Positions 28,977-38,036 of a stretch of 64,000 bases of DNA are shown here, one piece after another; position 1 is the stretch's first letter; every line of letters begins with the position of its first letter. The notes below the pieces were generated by a model that was given only the letters and a program-made list of their open reading frames with translations, was not told where the DNA came from and did no database searches. The position numbers and the translations under genes were made by a program. Origin of the DNA: Actinomycetes bacterium (GTDB lineage: Bacteria > Actinomycetota > Acidimicrobiia > IMCC26256 > VFJJ01); the NCBI GenBank assembly GCA_031362415.1, contig JANLSK010000312.1, positions 36,194-100,193 of the forward strand, in the 5' to 3' direction.

Positions 28977-29954
28977 TTGGAGGATCCCGTGCGCACCATC
29001 CACTCAAGCGCCGACTGCACCCCGGCGCTGTCGATCCACCTGGCCAACTTCGCGGCGACGGCACCGGCCGCCGGCTGGCATCACCTCATCGACCGAGCCA
29101 AGGCCGCCGACGAGGCTGGCGTCGACCGGCTCTCGGTGTCCGACCATGTCGTCTTCGGCGAGGACCTCGAGGCGTACGGTCGGGCCGAGACCGGGGGCAT
29201 GGCCGGTGGCAAGCAGCCCACCGGGCCCGACGGGCAATGGCTCGAACCGCTCACCGTGCTATCGGTGATCGCCGGGGCCACCGAGCGCGTGCGTCTCCAG
29301 ACCGGGGTGCTGCTCGCGGCGCTGCGACGTCCGGTGGTGCTGGCCAAGGCTGCGGCCACGCTCGACGTGATGTCGGACGGGCGCCTCGATCTCGGTGTGG
29401 GCGTTGGCTGGCAGCGCGAGGAGTACGAGGCGGCCGGGCTCTCCTACGCAGGACGTGGCGCGCTGCTCGACCACACCCTCGAGGTGTTGCAGACCCTCTG
29501 GCGCGACCTGCCCGCTCGCTTCGAGTCCGAGCGGCTCAGCTTCGAGAAGATCTACTGCGTCCCCCAGCCCGTCGACCCCGGCGGCGTACCGCTGTGGATC
29601 AGCGGCACGTTGAACGACAAGGTGATCAAACGGGTTGCCCGCTTCGGCGTCGGCTGGATCCCGTGGGGTGACGACATGTTCGACCTGCCCTCGAAGATCG
29701 CCCGGTTGCGCGACGGCCTTGCCGCCGAGGGCCGCGACGCATCGGGGCTCCAGATCCCCGGCAACCTCCCCGCCGTCAAGACCGCCGACGGCGCGCTCGA
29801 CCTCGGAGCCACCATGGCCGGCGTGCCCGCACTCGTTGAGGCCGGCGTCACCGACTTCCGCCTCAACGGCGCCATCCCCGTCGAGCGCAGCGCAGCCGTC
29901 GACATGCTGAGCCCCATCGTGGCCGCGTTCCGCAGCGCCGTCGGTCGGACCTGA
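28977..29954 (+). CDS. LLM-class (probably F420-dependent) oxidoreductase
   Basis: VSDHVV, LEPLTVL, RPVVLAKAAATLDVMSDGRLDLGVGVGWQREEY; start may instead be GTG 28989. Confidence 0.9.
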   Translation: MEDPVRTIHSSADCTPALSIHLANFAATAPAAGWHHLIDRAKAADEAGVDRLSVSDHVVFGEDLEAYGRAETGGMAGGKQPTGPDGQWLEPLTVLSVIAGATERVRLQTGVLLAALRRPVVLAKAAATLDVMSDGRLDLGVGVGWQREEYEAAGLSYAGRGALLDHTLEVLQTLWRDLPARFESERLSFEKIYCVPQPVDPGGVPLWISGTLNDKVIKRVARFGVGWIPWGDDMFDLPSKIARLRDGLAAEGRDASGLQIPGNLPAVKTADGALDLGATMAGVPALVEAGVTDFRLNGAIPVERSAAVDMLSPIVAAFRSAVGRT

Positions 29955-29958
29955 TCGC

Positions 29959-30903
29959 TCAGGACCGAGCGCCGAACACCGCCGCCAGATCGTGCTTGGG
30001 AAAACGAGCGCAGCGCTCGAACCACCGACGAAGCTCGCGATCGACGGCAACGAAGGCGCCGATGTGGAAGTCCATCCCGGCGAATGCGCTCGTGTCGTCC
30101 TCGAGGAGGGCGTCGGCCAGCGTCTCCTGGAGCTCGAGACGCCGGCGCTTGCCCTTGGTGTCGGGCGTCGCGAACACGTAGTAGCTCTGTGATCCCTGCG
30201 GCGTGGGCGTCGACGTGAACAGGCCCATGCTGTCGACGTCGCCGGTCGTCACATAGGAGACCGTGTTGGTACCCGTCACCCGGATGCGTTGGTGGAACCG
30301 CATCGCCAGCGCGGCTGACGCGAACTCCATGTCGTACTCGACATGGTGCGGATCGCCCCAGCGGATCACCCGCGGATCGAACTCGAACTCCAGGCCGTGC
30401 ACGTACCGGAGGTGGGCGAAGTCGAAGGAGTTGCCGAGGATCACCCAGGGCTCGACAGGGAACACATCGGTGCGCTTGGCCCTGATCGCCAGCGCGGTGT
30501 CGTCGTAGTCGCGAATCCCGGGGACCGCGAATCGAGGCTCGGGGCCGTTGTAGATCCAGATCAGCCCCCAGCGTTCGGAGACCGGGAAGCTGAACACCTT
30601 GGCCGCCTTGGGAATCCGGCCACGCGACGGGATCGACGTGCACCGCCCGTCGGGGCCGAAGCAGAAGTGGTGGAAGAGGCACTGAAGGTCGTCACCGACG
30701 AGAGAGCCGCGCGACAAGTCGGCGCCCATATGGGGGCAGCGGCTGCTCAGCACCACCGGCGCCTGTTCCTCGCCGGTTCGATAGGCGACGACCCTCCCGC
30801 CGAGCACATCGATGCCGGCGACCCGGCCATCGTCGATCTCGGAGGCCAGGCAGATCGCGTACCAGTTCTCGTCGGGGCCGGCAGGCGTCGAGAGCGGGGG
30901 CAT
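29959..30903 (-). CDS. Rieske [2Fe-2S] non-heme iron oxygenase subunit
   Basis: CPH-x-CLFH Rieske ligands; N..D..HLRYVH mononuclear iron motif. Confidence 0.9.
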   Translation of the reverse strand: MPPLSTPAGPDENWYAICLASEIDDGRVAGIDVLGGRVVAYRTGEEQAPVVLSSRCPHMGADLSRGSLVGDDLQCLFHHFCFGPDGRCTSIPSRGRIPKAAKVFSFPVSERWGLIWIYNGPEPRFAVPGIRDYDDTALAIRAKRTDVFPVEPWVILGNSFDFAHLRYVHGLEFEFDPRVIRWGDPHHVEYDMEFASAALAMRFHQRIRVTGTNTVSYVTTGDVDSMGLFTSTPTPQGSQSYYVFATPDTKGKRRRLELQETLADALLEDDTSAFAGMDFHIGAFVAVDRELRRWFERCARFPKHDLAAVFGARS

Positions 30904-30943
30904 GACGGGAGTCTCTCGCGAACCAGTGAGCCCGCGCCCCGCC

Positions 30944-31492
30944 TCAGACGTCGAGGCCGTACTCCCGGGCCACGGTCACCGCGTCGATGACGTCGCCGTG
31001 CAGCATCTGGATCGGCGGACCATCGAGGCTGTCGCCGGGGTCGAGCAACCAGCGCACGACGGCCGCCACGGTGGCCGGTCGCGCCGTACCCGGCTCGACG
31101 AGCACCACCAGGGGACCGCCGGGGTCGTCGCCCCGCTCTTCGAGGACGACCGTCAACAGCCGGGCTCGGGCCGGGGCCGCAACCCGTACGGGTGACGGCG
31201 CGCCCGCCTCGTCGGCCAGCCCGACGAGCACCACGGCCGTTCCCGCTTCCGTTCCGGCCCGGCCATGGAGATGCGCCCGAATCCGCTGCAACGGTGCGAT
31301 GACGTTGGCCACGAGGGCTTCGTCGACCGTACCCGACCGGCTCGGGCACTCGATCAGGACACGCGGAGCCAGCCCATCGGTTGGCTCATCGACCACCCGA
31401 AAACCAAGTTGCCGCATGAGTTTCGAGCACTCGCCGGCCACGTCGTCCGTGCCGGTGATCAGAGCGACACGGGTCGGCACCGACTGACTCAC
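30944..31492 (-). CDS. Hypothetical protein, degenerate SDR-like outline
   Basis: Starts 'RVALITG' and ends with an SDR-like '..VVRWLLDP...G' pattern, but lacks GxxxGxG and YxxxK. Confidence 0.45.
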   Translation of the reverse strand: MSQSVPTRVALITGTDDVAGECSKLMRQLGFRVVDEPTDGLAPRVLIECPSRSGTVDEALVANVIAPLQRIRAHLHGRAGTEAGTAVVLVGLADEAGAPSPVRVAAPARARLLTVVLEERGDDPGGPLVVLVEPGTARPATVAAVVRWLLDPGDSLDGPPIQMLHGDVIDAVTVAREYGLDV

Positions 31493-31660
31493 GTGCTGTA
31501 CCCGATCACGGACATCCGGGCACCCTAGCCAGCTCTCTTCGAGGCACGAGCGCGGGTCTTCCCACGACGTTGCCTTGTCGGTACCCCCGGCCTAGCGTCA
31601 GGTCATCGTCGGGCAGTGCTGTGCACCGGCGGGTTCCCACCGGCTTCGCAGGAGGCGGCG

Positions 31661-32833
31661 ATGGCGCGCTACTACCAGGTCATATCGGGTGACGGTCACG
31701 TCGAGACTCCACCGCAGAGTTGGGCGAAGTACGTCCCCGAGAAGTGGCGGGAGCGCGCCCCGCGGCTCATCTCCCTCCCCGATGGCGGCGAGGGCTGGAT
31801 CGTCGAGGGCCAACCCATGCTGCACAACGGCCAGAACATCACCGGCGGCCGTCCCGTGAGGTTCCGCAACGACAGCTACTTCAACCCCGACGGATCCCCG
31901 GCGCCCGGTGCCGGATCGGGCGCCCAACGACTGCGCGAGCAGGATCTCGACGGCATCGACGCCGAGGTGCTGTTCCCGCCGGTGTTCGCCAGTCGTTTTC
32001 TGGAGGGAATCAACGACAAGGACGTGTATCTGTCGATGATCCAGGCGTACAACACGTTCTTGGCTGACGACCTGTGCTCGGTCGCTCCCGACCGACTCAT
32101 CGGCAATGCCATCATGCCCGTCTGCGGGCTCGATGAAGCCGTGGCCGAGCTGGAACGGGTGTCTCGCATGGGTATCCGGTCTGTGAGCTTCTATCAGTTC
32201 CCCAACGGGACCGGTGCTCCGAAGCCCGAGGACGACCGGTTCTGGGAGAAGGCCCTCGAGCTCGGCGTGCGGCTCAGCCCGCACTTCGGGTTCGGGTTCA
32301 TCCGCTCCGATCCGGGGCTGCCGGGCGCGGGAACGGGCCATCAGCCCGTGGCGGCGGCGCTGTGCCAGCGGGCCGGCGCCCACGCACCCATCTACTGCAT
32401 GGCCCAGGTGATCACCTCTGGCGTGCTCGATCGGTTCCCCACGTTGGAGATGTACTTCGCCGAGACGAACGTCCATTGGCTGCCCGGGTCGATGTACATG
32501 CTCGACGACAGCTACGCGCTCTTCAAGGAGTGGTTCTCGCTCGATTGGAAGATGTCGCCGAGCGAGTACTGCCTGAGGCACTTCCACTGGGGCATCATCC
32601 GCGATCCCGTCGGGCTGGCGATGGGGCCTGAGCGCATCCCGTTCGACCGCGTGATGTGGGGTACCGACTTCCCCCACTCGGTGGGCTCGTTCCCCGAGTC
32701 GCGCCGGCACCTCCACGAGGGGTTCGCGCCGCTCACCGAGCAGATCCGCCGCCAGGTGCTGTTGGAGAATCCGGCCCGGTACTTCGGGCTCGATCTCGGC
32801 GCGCCCATCACCGAGACGCCGGCAACCGGCTGA
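31661..32833 (+). CDS. Amidohydrolase family protein (Amidohydro_2)
   Basis: ISGDGHVE, RLREQDLDGIDAEVLFP, SGVLDRFP.L..YFAE, MWGTDFPH; GGAGG RBS. Confidence 0.92.
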   Translation: MARYYQVISGDGHVETPPQSWAKYVPEKWRERAPRLISLPDGGEGWIVEGQPMLHNGQNITGGRPVRFRNDSYFNPDGSPAPGAGSGAQRLREQDLDGIDAEVLFPPVFASRFLEGINDKDVYLSMIQAYNTFLADDLCSVAPDRLIGNAIMPVCGLDEAVAELERVSRMGIRSVSFYQFPNGTGAPKPEDDRFWEKALELGVRLSPHFGFGFIRSDPGLPGAGTGHQPVAAALCQRAGAHAPIYCMAQVITSGVLDRFPTLEMYFAETNVHWLPGSMYMLDDSYALFKEWFSLDWKMSPSEYCLRHFHWGIIRDPVGLAMGPERIPFDRVMWGTDFPHSVGSFPESRRHLHEGFAPLTEQIRRQVLLENPARYFGLDLGAPITETPATG

Positions 32834-32859
32834 ACCGGCTGCGCTGAGCTGGCCGGCGC

Positions 32860-33237
32860 CTAGCGCAGACCCACCAGGTCGACGACGAAGATCAGGGTCT
32901 CGCCGCCCTTGATGACGCCACCGGCACCACGGCTGCCGTATCCGAGGGCCGGGGGGATCGTGAGCTGGCGACGGCCGCCGATCTTCATCCCCTGCACGCC
33001 CTGGTCCCAGCCGACGATCACCTGACCGGCGCCGAGCTTGAACTTGAAGGTCTCGTTGCGGTTCCAGGAGGCGTCGAACTCCTGGCCCGTCGACCAGGCC
33101 ACGCCCAGGTACTGGACCTCGGCGATCTTGCCCTTGACGGCTTCCTCGCCGTCACCCACGACGAGATCTTCGGCAACGAGCTGGCCCGGGGGGGTGCCCT
33201 CGGGGACGGTCACAGTGGGTCGGCTGATCTCGGTCAT
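32860..33237 (-). CDS. FKBP-type peptidyl-prolyl cis-trans isomerase
   Basis: FDASWNR, GQVIVGWDQG, GGRRQLTIPPALGYG, TLIFVVDL. Confidence 0.96.
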   Translation of the reverse strand: MTEISRPTVTVPEGTPPGQLVAEDLVVGDGEEAVKGKIAEVQYLGVAWSTGQEFDASWNRNETFKFKLGAGQVIVGWDQGVQGMKIGGRRQLTIPPALGYGSRGAGGVIKGGETLIFVVDLVGLR

Positions 33238-33335
33238 GGCGGCCACCGTAGTCGCGAGGCTGGCCGGGCTCGCGACTGCTGTGCCGCTCGGGTGAGCCCC
33301 TCGAAAGCACCGCCATGGCCGATGCGGCCGAACGC

Positions 33336-33812
33336 TCAGCGGGCCAGGGCGACGGCCAGCAGCGACGAGAAAGCTCCGCGATCGGCCTCGGAGCGCGTCG
33401 GCGGCGCCGGGTATGCCGCAGTCGACACCCGCCAGTGGGCCGGCCGGCGCCAGGTGGCCGCCGGGCCCGTCGCCGGAAAGGCCGTCAGATCGAGATCGAC
33501 GGTCGTCCGGTATCGGCCCATCACGGTGGCCGTCCGAGCGTCGAGCGGGCGCCCGGTACACACCGGCGCCTCGGGGGCAGCGACGTCCTCGGGGGCGTCG
33601 GAGGCGTGGGTCTCGGCATCCGCCTCGGGGGCACCGGGGAGCAGCTCGACGTAGGCGCGACGCACAGCCTCGAACGAGCGGCGGTCGCCACCGTGGTCGG
33701 GGTGGGTTTCCTTGGCCAGCCGGCGGAACGCCTGCCGGAGCTCGTCTCGCGTCGCTCCCGGCGCGATGTCGAGCACCGCGTGGGGGTCGGCGACGGCGCA
33801 CCCGTCTGCCAT
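33336..33812 (-). CDS. J-domain (DnaJ-like) protein
   Basis: DPHAVLDI...AFRRLAKETHPDHGG with an intact HPD motif. Confidence 0.82.
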   Translation of the reverse strand: MADGCAVADPHAVLDIAPGATRDELRQAFRRLAKETHPDHGGDRRSFEAVRRAYVELLPGAPEADAETHASDAPEDVAAPEAPVCTGRPLDARTATVMGRYRTTVDLDLTAFPATGPAATWRRPAHWRVSTAAYPAPPTRSEADRGAFSSLLAVALAR

Positions 33813-33935
33813 TGCACATCCTGTGCTTGTGTGACCCTCCCGATCCCTGGGAGGGCGAGCCGTTCCTTCGGCTCAGTGGTTCTGTCGGCCGGAGCGACCG
33901 TCAGTCAAGGTCCGCCGCGGACGCACGCGAAGACG

Positions 33936-36041
33936 TCATCCTGCGATGCCGACGATCGTGTCGTTGACGATGAACTCCGATGCTGAGCCCTCGAACGACG
34001 CAGCCCCGAAGGCGAAGATCCCGCCGTCCTCGGCCACGAGCCAGTATCCGCCGCGCGGGCACGCCAGCATGCCGGAGATGGGGGAGTTGAGCACCATGGA
34101 GCCCGTCGACCCGGCGAACGCCGCATCGCCGAACGCGAAGATCCCGCCGTCCCGAGCAACCAGCCAGTACCCGTTGCCACTGGCCGACGCGGTCATGCCC
34201 ACGATGGGCTGGTTGAGTCTCATGGCCCCGGTGGAGCCGAAGAAGCCGGCGCCGGGACCGTAGGAGAAGATCCCGCCGTCTCGGGCCACGAACCAGTAGC
34301 CCGGCTTGCTGGCTGAGCTGGTCATGCCGACCACCGGCTGGTTCAGGCGCAGGTTGCCGGTGGAGCCGTAGAACACCGCATCGCCGAACGAGAACACACC
34401 GCCGTCGCGCCCGAGGAGCCAGTATCCCTGCCCGCTCGGCGTCGCCGAGATGCCCACGATCGGTGCCGCGAGCGCAGCGCCGTTCATCGAGCCGAAGAAC
34501 CCGGCGTTGCCGAGCGCGTAGACCGAACCCGCGGCGTCACACACCCAGTACCCCTGCTTCGACGGGGTGGCTGCCATGCCCACCACGGGTGCCGAGGGAG
34601 CGGACACCGCGCCCTTGAATGCCGCCTTGCCGAACGCATAGACCGCACCCGATCGGGCGACCAGCCAGTACCCGTCGATCCGGGGGAAGGTGACGCTGGC
34701 CGCTCCGGTGAACAGGTCGAAGCTCGAGTACGCCGCACCGAGCACCTGTCCCGAGTCGGCGCCGAGCCACCGGTCGAGCATGGTGGCGTACACCGATCGG
34801 AAGTCGACCGATGCCGCCAGGTTGCCGTTGCGGTCGGGAGCGGCGAGGTTCGGCTCCTGGCCGTGCAAGCCGCCACGGACCTTCTCGCCGATGACCAGCG
34901 CACAGCTGGCGGTGCCGTGGTCGGTGCCCGCCGAGTCGTTGCGCTTGAGCCGTCGACCGAACTCGGAAAAGGTCATGATCGTGACCCGACCGGCGTTGAG
35001 CGGGACCAGGTTGGCGTAGAACGCCTCGACCGCGTTGTCGAAGGTGCTCAGCAGCGCCGCATGGTCGGCGAGCTGGTTCGAGTGGTTGTCGAAGCCCCCG
35101 ATCTCGACGCTGAGCACCCTGATCCCCAAGTTGGCGTTGATCAGCCGGGCCGCCAGGGTCATCTGGGCCACCAGGTTCCCACCGGGCAGCGCCGGTGCGT
35201 ACAGCGGAGCGACGCGTTCGGCCTGGGCCATGGCGACCCGTCCCGACACGGCCCATGTGTCACCCCATCCGCCGAGCTGTGTGGTCGCGCCGCCGAACGA
35301 GGTGATTGCGTCGAACATCCGGGCGTCGGACGCATTGCGGCGATTCACGCCGAAGAGGCTGTTGCCGTTGGTGGGCAACGCCGTGGCCCTGGTGGTACGT
35401 CCGGCCATGTGCAACGGGACGTTTCCGCCGATGGCGACGGCATTGAAGTTGTCGGACGCAGCACCGAGACCGTCGAGGAAGCGCCCGATCCAGCCCGAGT
35501 TCGACGGGGGCGCGCCCGCCGGGAGCCCCCGCATCCACAGCGCCATCGACGAGAAGTGGCTCAGGTCGGGATTGTTGTAACCGACCCCCCTGATCACCGC
35601 GACCTGGCCCCGGTCGTAGCGGGCCTTGAGCCGGGGCATGGACGGGTGCAGCCCGTAGCCCGAACCGATGTCGAGCACGTTGGGCGCGGGGATGGCCAAT
35701 GCTCCCCGGTTCGCGATGTAGCTGCTGTTGCCGTAGGGGATCACCGTGTTGAGGCCGTCGTTGCCGCCGCTCATCATCACCAGCACCAGCACGGCCTGGG
35801 CCGTTCCCGCCACCGACACGCTCTCACCGGCGCCATCGGTCTCGGCTCCGTAGGCTGATCCGGTCACGCCCAAGGCCCGTCCGACGCCCGACGGCAAGCC
35901 CAGCGAGACGGCCGACACGCCGGCTCCCGCGGCCGACGACATCAGGAACTTGCGGCGAGACCATTCGTGTGGGCTGTCGTCGGCAGGCAACGACAGGGCG
36001 GCGAGGATCTGCTCCGTCGACGCATCGTCAAGATTCGACAT
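33936..36041 (-). CDS. DUF1501 domain protein with a Tat-like signal and a C-terminal GYW repeat module
   Basis: SRRKFL twin-arginine motif, GGNDGLN.V.P, GLHP, SHF, GGFDNH, FSEFGRR, GTDHG, DFRSVY; about 5 GYWLV..DGG.F.FG repeats. Confidence 0.88.
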   Translation of the reverse strand: MSNLDDASTEQILAALSLPADDSPHEWSRRKFLMSSAAGAGVSAVSLGLPSGVGRALGVTGSAYGAETDGAGESVSVAGTAQAVLVLVMMSGGNDGLNTVIPYGNSSYIANRGALAIPAPNVLDIGSGYGLHPSMPRLKARYDRGQVAVIRGVGYNNPDLSHFSSMALWMRGLPAGAPPSNSGWIGRFLDGLGAASDNFNAVAIGGNVPLHMAGRTTRATALPTNGNSLFGVNRRNASDARMFDAITSFGGATTQLGGWGDTWAVSGRVAMAQAERVAPLYAPALPGGNLVAQMTLAARLINANLGIRVLSVEIGGFDNHSNQLADHAALLSTFDNAVEAFYANLVPLNAGRVTIMTFSEFGRRLKRNDSAGTDHGTASCALVIGEKVRGGLHGQEPNLAAPDRNGNLAASVDFRSVYATMLDRWLGADSGQVLGAAYSSFDLFTGAASVTFPRIDGYWLVARSGAVYAFGKAAFKGAVSAPSAPVVGMAATPSKQGYWVCDAAGSVYALGNAGFFGSMNGAALAAPIVGISATPSGQGYWLLGRDGGVFSFGDAVFYGSTGNLRLNQPVVGMTSSASKPGYWFVARDGGIFSYGPGAGFFGSTGAMRLNQPIVGMTASASGNGYWLVARDGGIFAFGDAAFAGSTGSMVLNSPISGMLACPRGGYWLVAEDGGIFAFGAASFEGSASEFIVNDTIVGIAG

Positions 36042-36051
36042 GGCAGGCTCC

Positions 36052-37344
36052 TCAGGCGAGGTTGAAGTCGGGGCTCATCAGCATGAGCGTGATCAGGTTC
36101 GCTTGCTCGGCGTTGCCGCGTGCCGAGCGCTCGGCGGTGAGCCACGCTTCCATGGCGGCTCTGGTTGCCGGCGAGGGCGTTCCGAGACCGAACTGGTCGA
36201 AGCCCGCCTGGATGGCAGCCGGCACGCTCATGCTCCGCACGCCCGACAGCAGGCCGGCGGCGACGGCCTTGGAGGTGAGGTTCTTGGCGAAGCTGGCCCT
36301 CGCCCACCACGACGCCGACGAGATCCAGACGCTGTTCTGCTTCCAGCCCTCGACCGTCGGGGGATAGAACGGGAGCTGGCCCATGTCATCGAGGTAGCTC
36401 TCGGGCTTGGCGACGGCTGTGGTCACGTTGGTGTGGCGAAGCGCGGCCACGACGAACTCGATCGGGCTGCGCACCAGTCCTTCCCGGGCTCGCGGCGAGT
36501 AGAAGTTGGGGTGCAGGAAGATCGCCCGCACCAGGTCGCGGATCCCGAGATCGCCAAGGGTGAACGCCGCCTGCAGCACGTCGAGCACTTCCGGCTCGGG
36601 ATTGGGATAGGCGAAATACGACCACATCTGCTTGGCGATGTAGCGGGCCGCTATGGGCCGCTTCACACCGGCGAGGATCTCGTCGATCGTCTGCGGCCCG
36701 TCCCAGTTCTGGTTCTTGCCGAAGATCGTCTTGAGGTAGACGTCGTGGCGGGACAGGGTGAAGAGATAGCTCGTCTTGGCCGAGTCGAGGCCGTGTCCCG
36801 TCCACGCCCGTGCGCATTCGACGACGTCGTCCTGGGTGTACTCGTTGACCCCGAGGGTGAAGAGCTCCATGAGCTCCCGGGCGAAGTTCTCCTGAACGAG
36901 CCCCACCTTGTTCGTGTAGTTGTCGAGGTACAAGAGCATCGCCGGGTCGATGGCGACGGCATGGGTCATGGTCCGGAAGCTGGCCTGGGCCATGCTCCGA
37001 AAGATCTGGTTCTGGTTGTACATCAAGACGATGTTCTCAACCTTGTCCTGCGCCGAGCAGAAGTGGCCGTGCCAGAACCAGGTGAGCTTCTCCTGCAATG
37101 GACACGGCGACGTACGCATCCGGTCGATCCACCACTGCGTGAGCGACGTCCACCGCGTGCCCTGACCCTTGGTGGTGTCGTACAGATCGGCTGGTGGCGT
37201 GACCGCGGGCGCAGCCGAGAAGTCGAGCAGATGGTCGACCGCCGCTGGCAGGTCGAGGGCCATCAAGTTGCCGACCTCGTCGGGAAGGCCGCCGAAGCCG
37301 GCGCGACGCAACAGATGGGCCGCGTCCTGATACGTGATCGCCAC
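36052..37344 (-). CDS. DUF1800 domain protein
   Basis: AHLLRRAGFG, LQEKLTWFWHGHF, PAMLLYLDN, ENFARELMELFTLG, ARAWTG, PPTVEGW; canonical partner of DUF1501. Confidence 0.92.
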   Translation of the reverse strand: MAITYQDAAHLLRRAGFGGLPDEVGNLMALDLPAAVDHLLDFSAAPAVTPPADLYDTTKGQGTRWTSLTQWWIDRMRTSPCPLQEKLTWFWHGHFCSAQDKVENIVLMYNQNQIFRSMAQASFRTMTHAVAIDPAMLLYLDNYTNKVGLVQENFARELMELFTLGVNEYTQDDVVECARAWTGHGLDSAKTSYLFTLSRHDVYLKTIFGKNQNWDGPQTIDEILAGVKRPIAARYIAKQMWSYFAYPNPEPEVLDVLQAAFTLGDLGIRDLVRAIFLHPNFYSPRAREGLVRSPIEFVVAALRHTNVTTAVAKPESYLDDMGQLPFYPPTVEGWKQNSVWISSASWWARASFAKNLTSKAVAAGLLSGVRSMSVPAAIQAGFDQFGLGTPSPATRAAMEAWLTAERSARGNAEQANLITLMLMSPDFNLA

Positions 37345-37539
37345 GTGAACCCCCGGGTTCTCGTCGTGTACTGCCCGCAGGATCGGGAATCGGCGGATGC
37401 CGCCGACGGCTTGATCGGCGGCTCCGCGATTGGGCCCGTCCGACCGCCGATGCCCCAAATGCCCGAGCGCGGCCACCGGGCGCCGCTCGCGCCTCGCGGC
37501 GCTGTGTTCGCCGGTATTGCCGCGTAGCATCGGAGGCCC

Positions 37540-37953
37540 ATGACCGACCTCGAACCTCGACCGACACCCAATCCCGATGCTGTTCGGTTCTCGCTGCCCT
37601 TTCGGCTCGCGGCGGGGTTCAACGTGCGGAGTGCTGGTGCGGCGACGGCCGAGCCCTTTGCGGCAGCCGTCTTCGCTGCCGGGGGCGTGGCCTCGATCTT
37701 CGGGGTCAACGATTTCGTGACGATCACCCGGATACCGGGCGCCGATTGGGCCCCCGTCGTGACGGCCGTTCGTGGCGCGAGCTCGCTGCTGGAACCAGCA
37801 CCCGACGAGGACTGCGCCGACGACCCGGAGCTCGAGACGGCGCGCGACCTCCTTCGAGCTGCGATGTCGAGGCCGGTGGCGCCCGCCGAGGTCGAGCCCA
37901 TCGAGATCGCCATCGGCGGCCTCAGGCGAAAGCCCCGTCGAGCCGACGGTTGA
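37540..37953 (+). CDS. NifU/Nfu N-terminal domain protein
   Basis: PTPNPDAVRF...GVASIFGVNDFVTITR...DW. Confidence 0.8.
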   Translation: MTDLEPRPTPNPDAVRFSLPFRLAAGFNVRSAGAATAEPFAAAVFAAGGVASIFGVNDFVTITRIPGADWAPVVTAVRGASSLLEPAPDEDCADDPELETARDLLRAAMSRPVAPAEVEPIEIAIGGLRRKPRRADG

Positions 37954-38036
37954 CGTCAACCGCTCAACCGCTCAGCCGCCCAGCCGCCCGGGAGCTCAGC
38001 CGCCGGTCCGCCGCTGTCGCTCAGGAGCCGAGCCGG

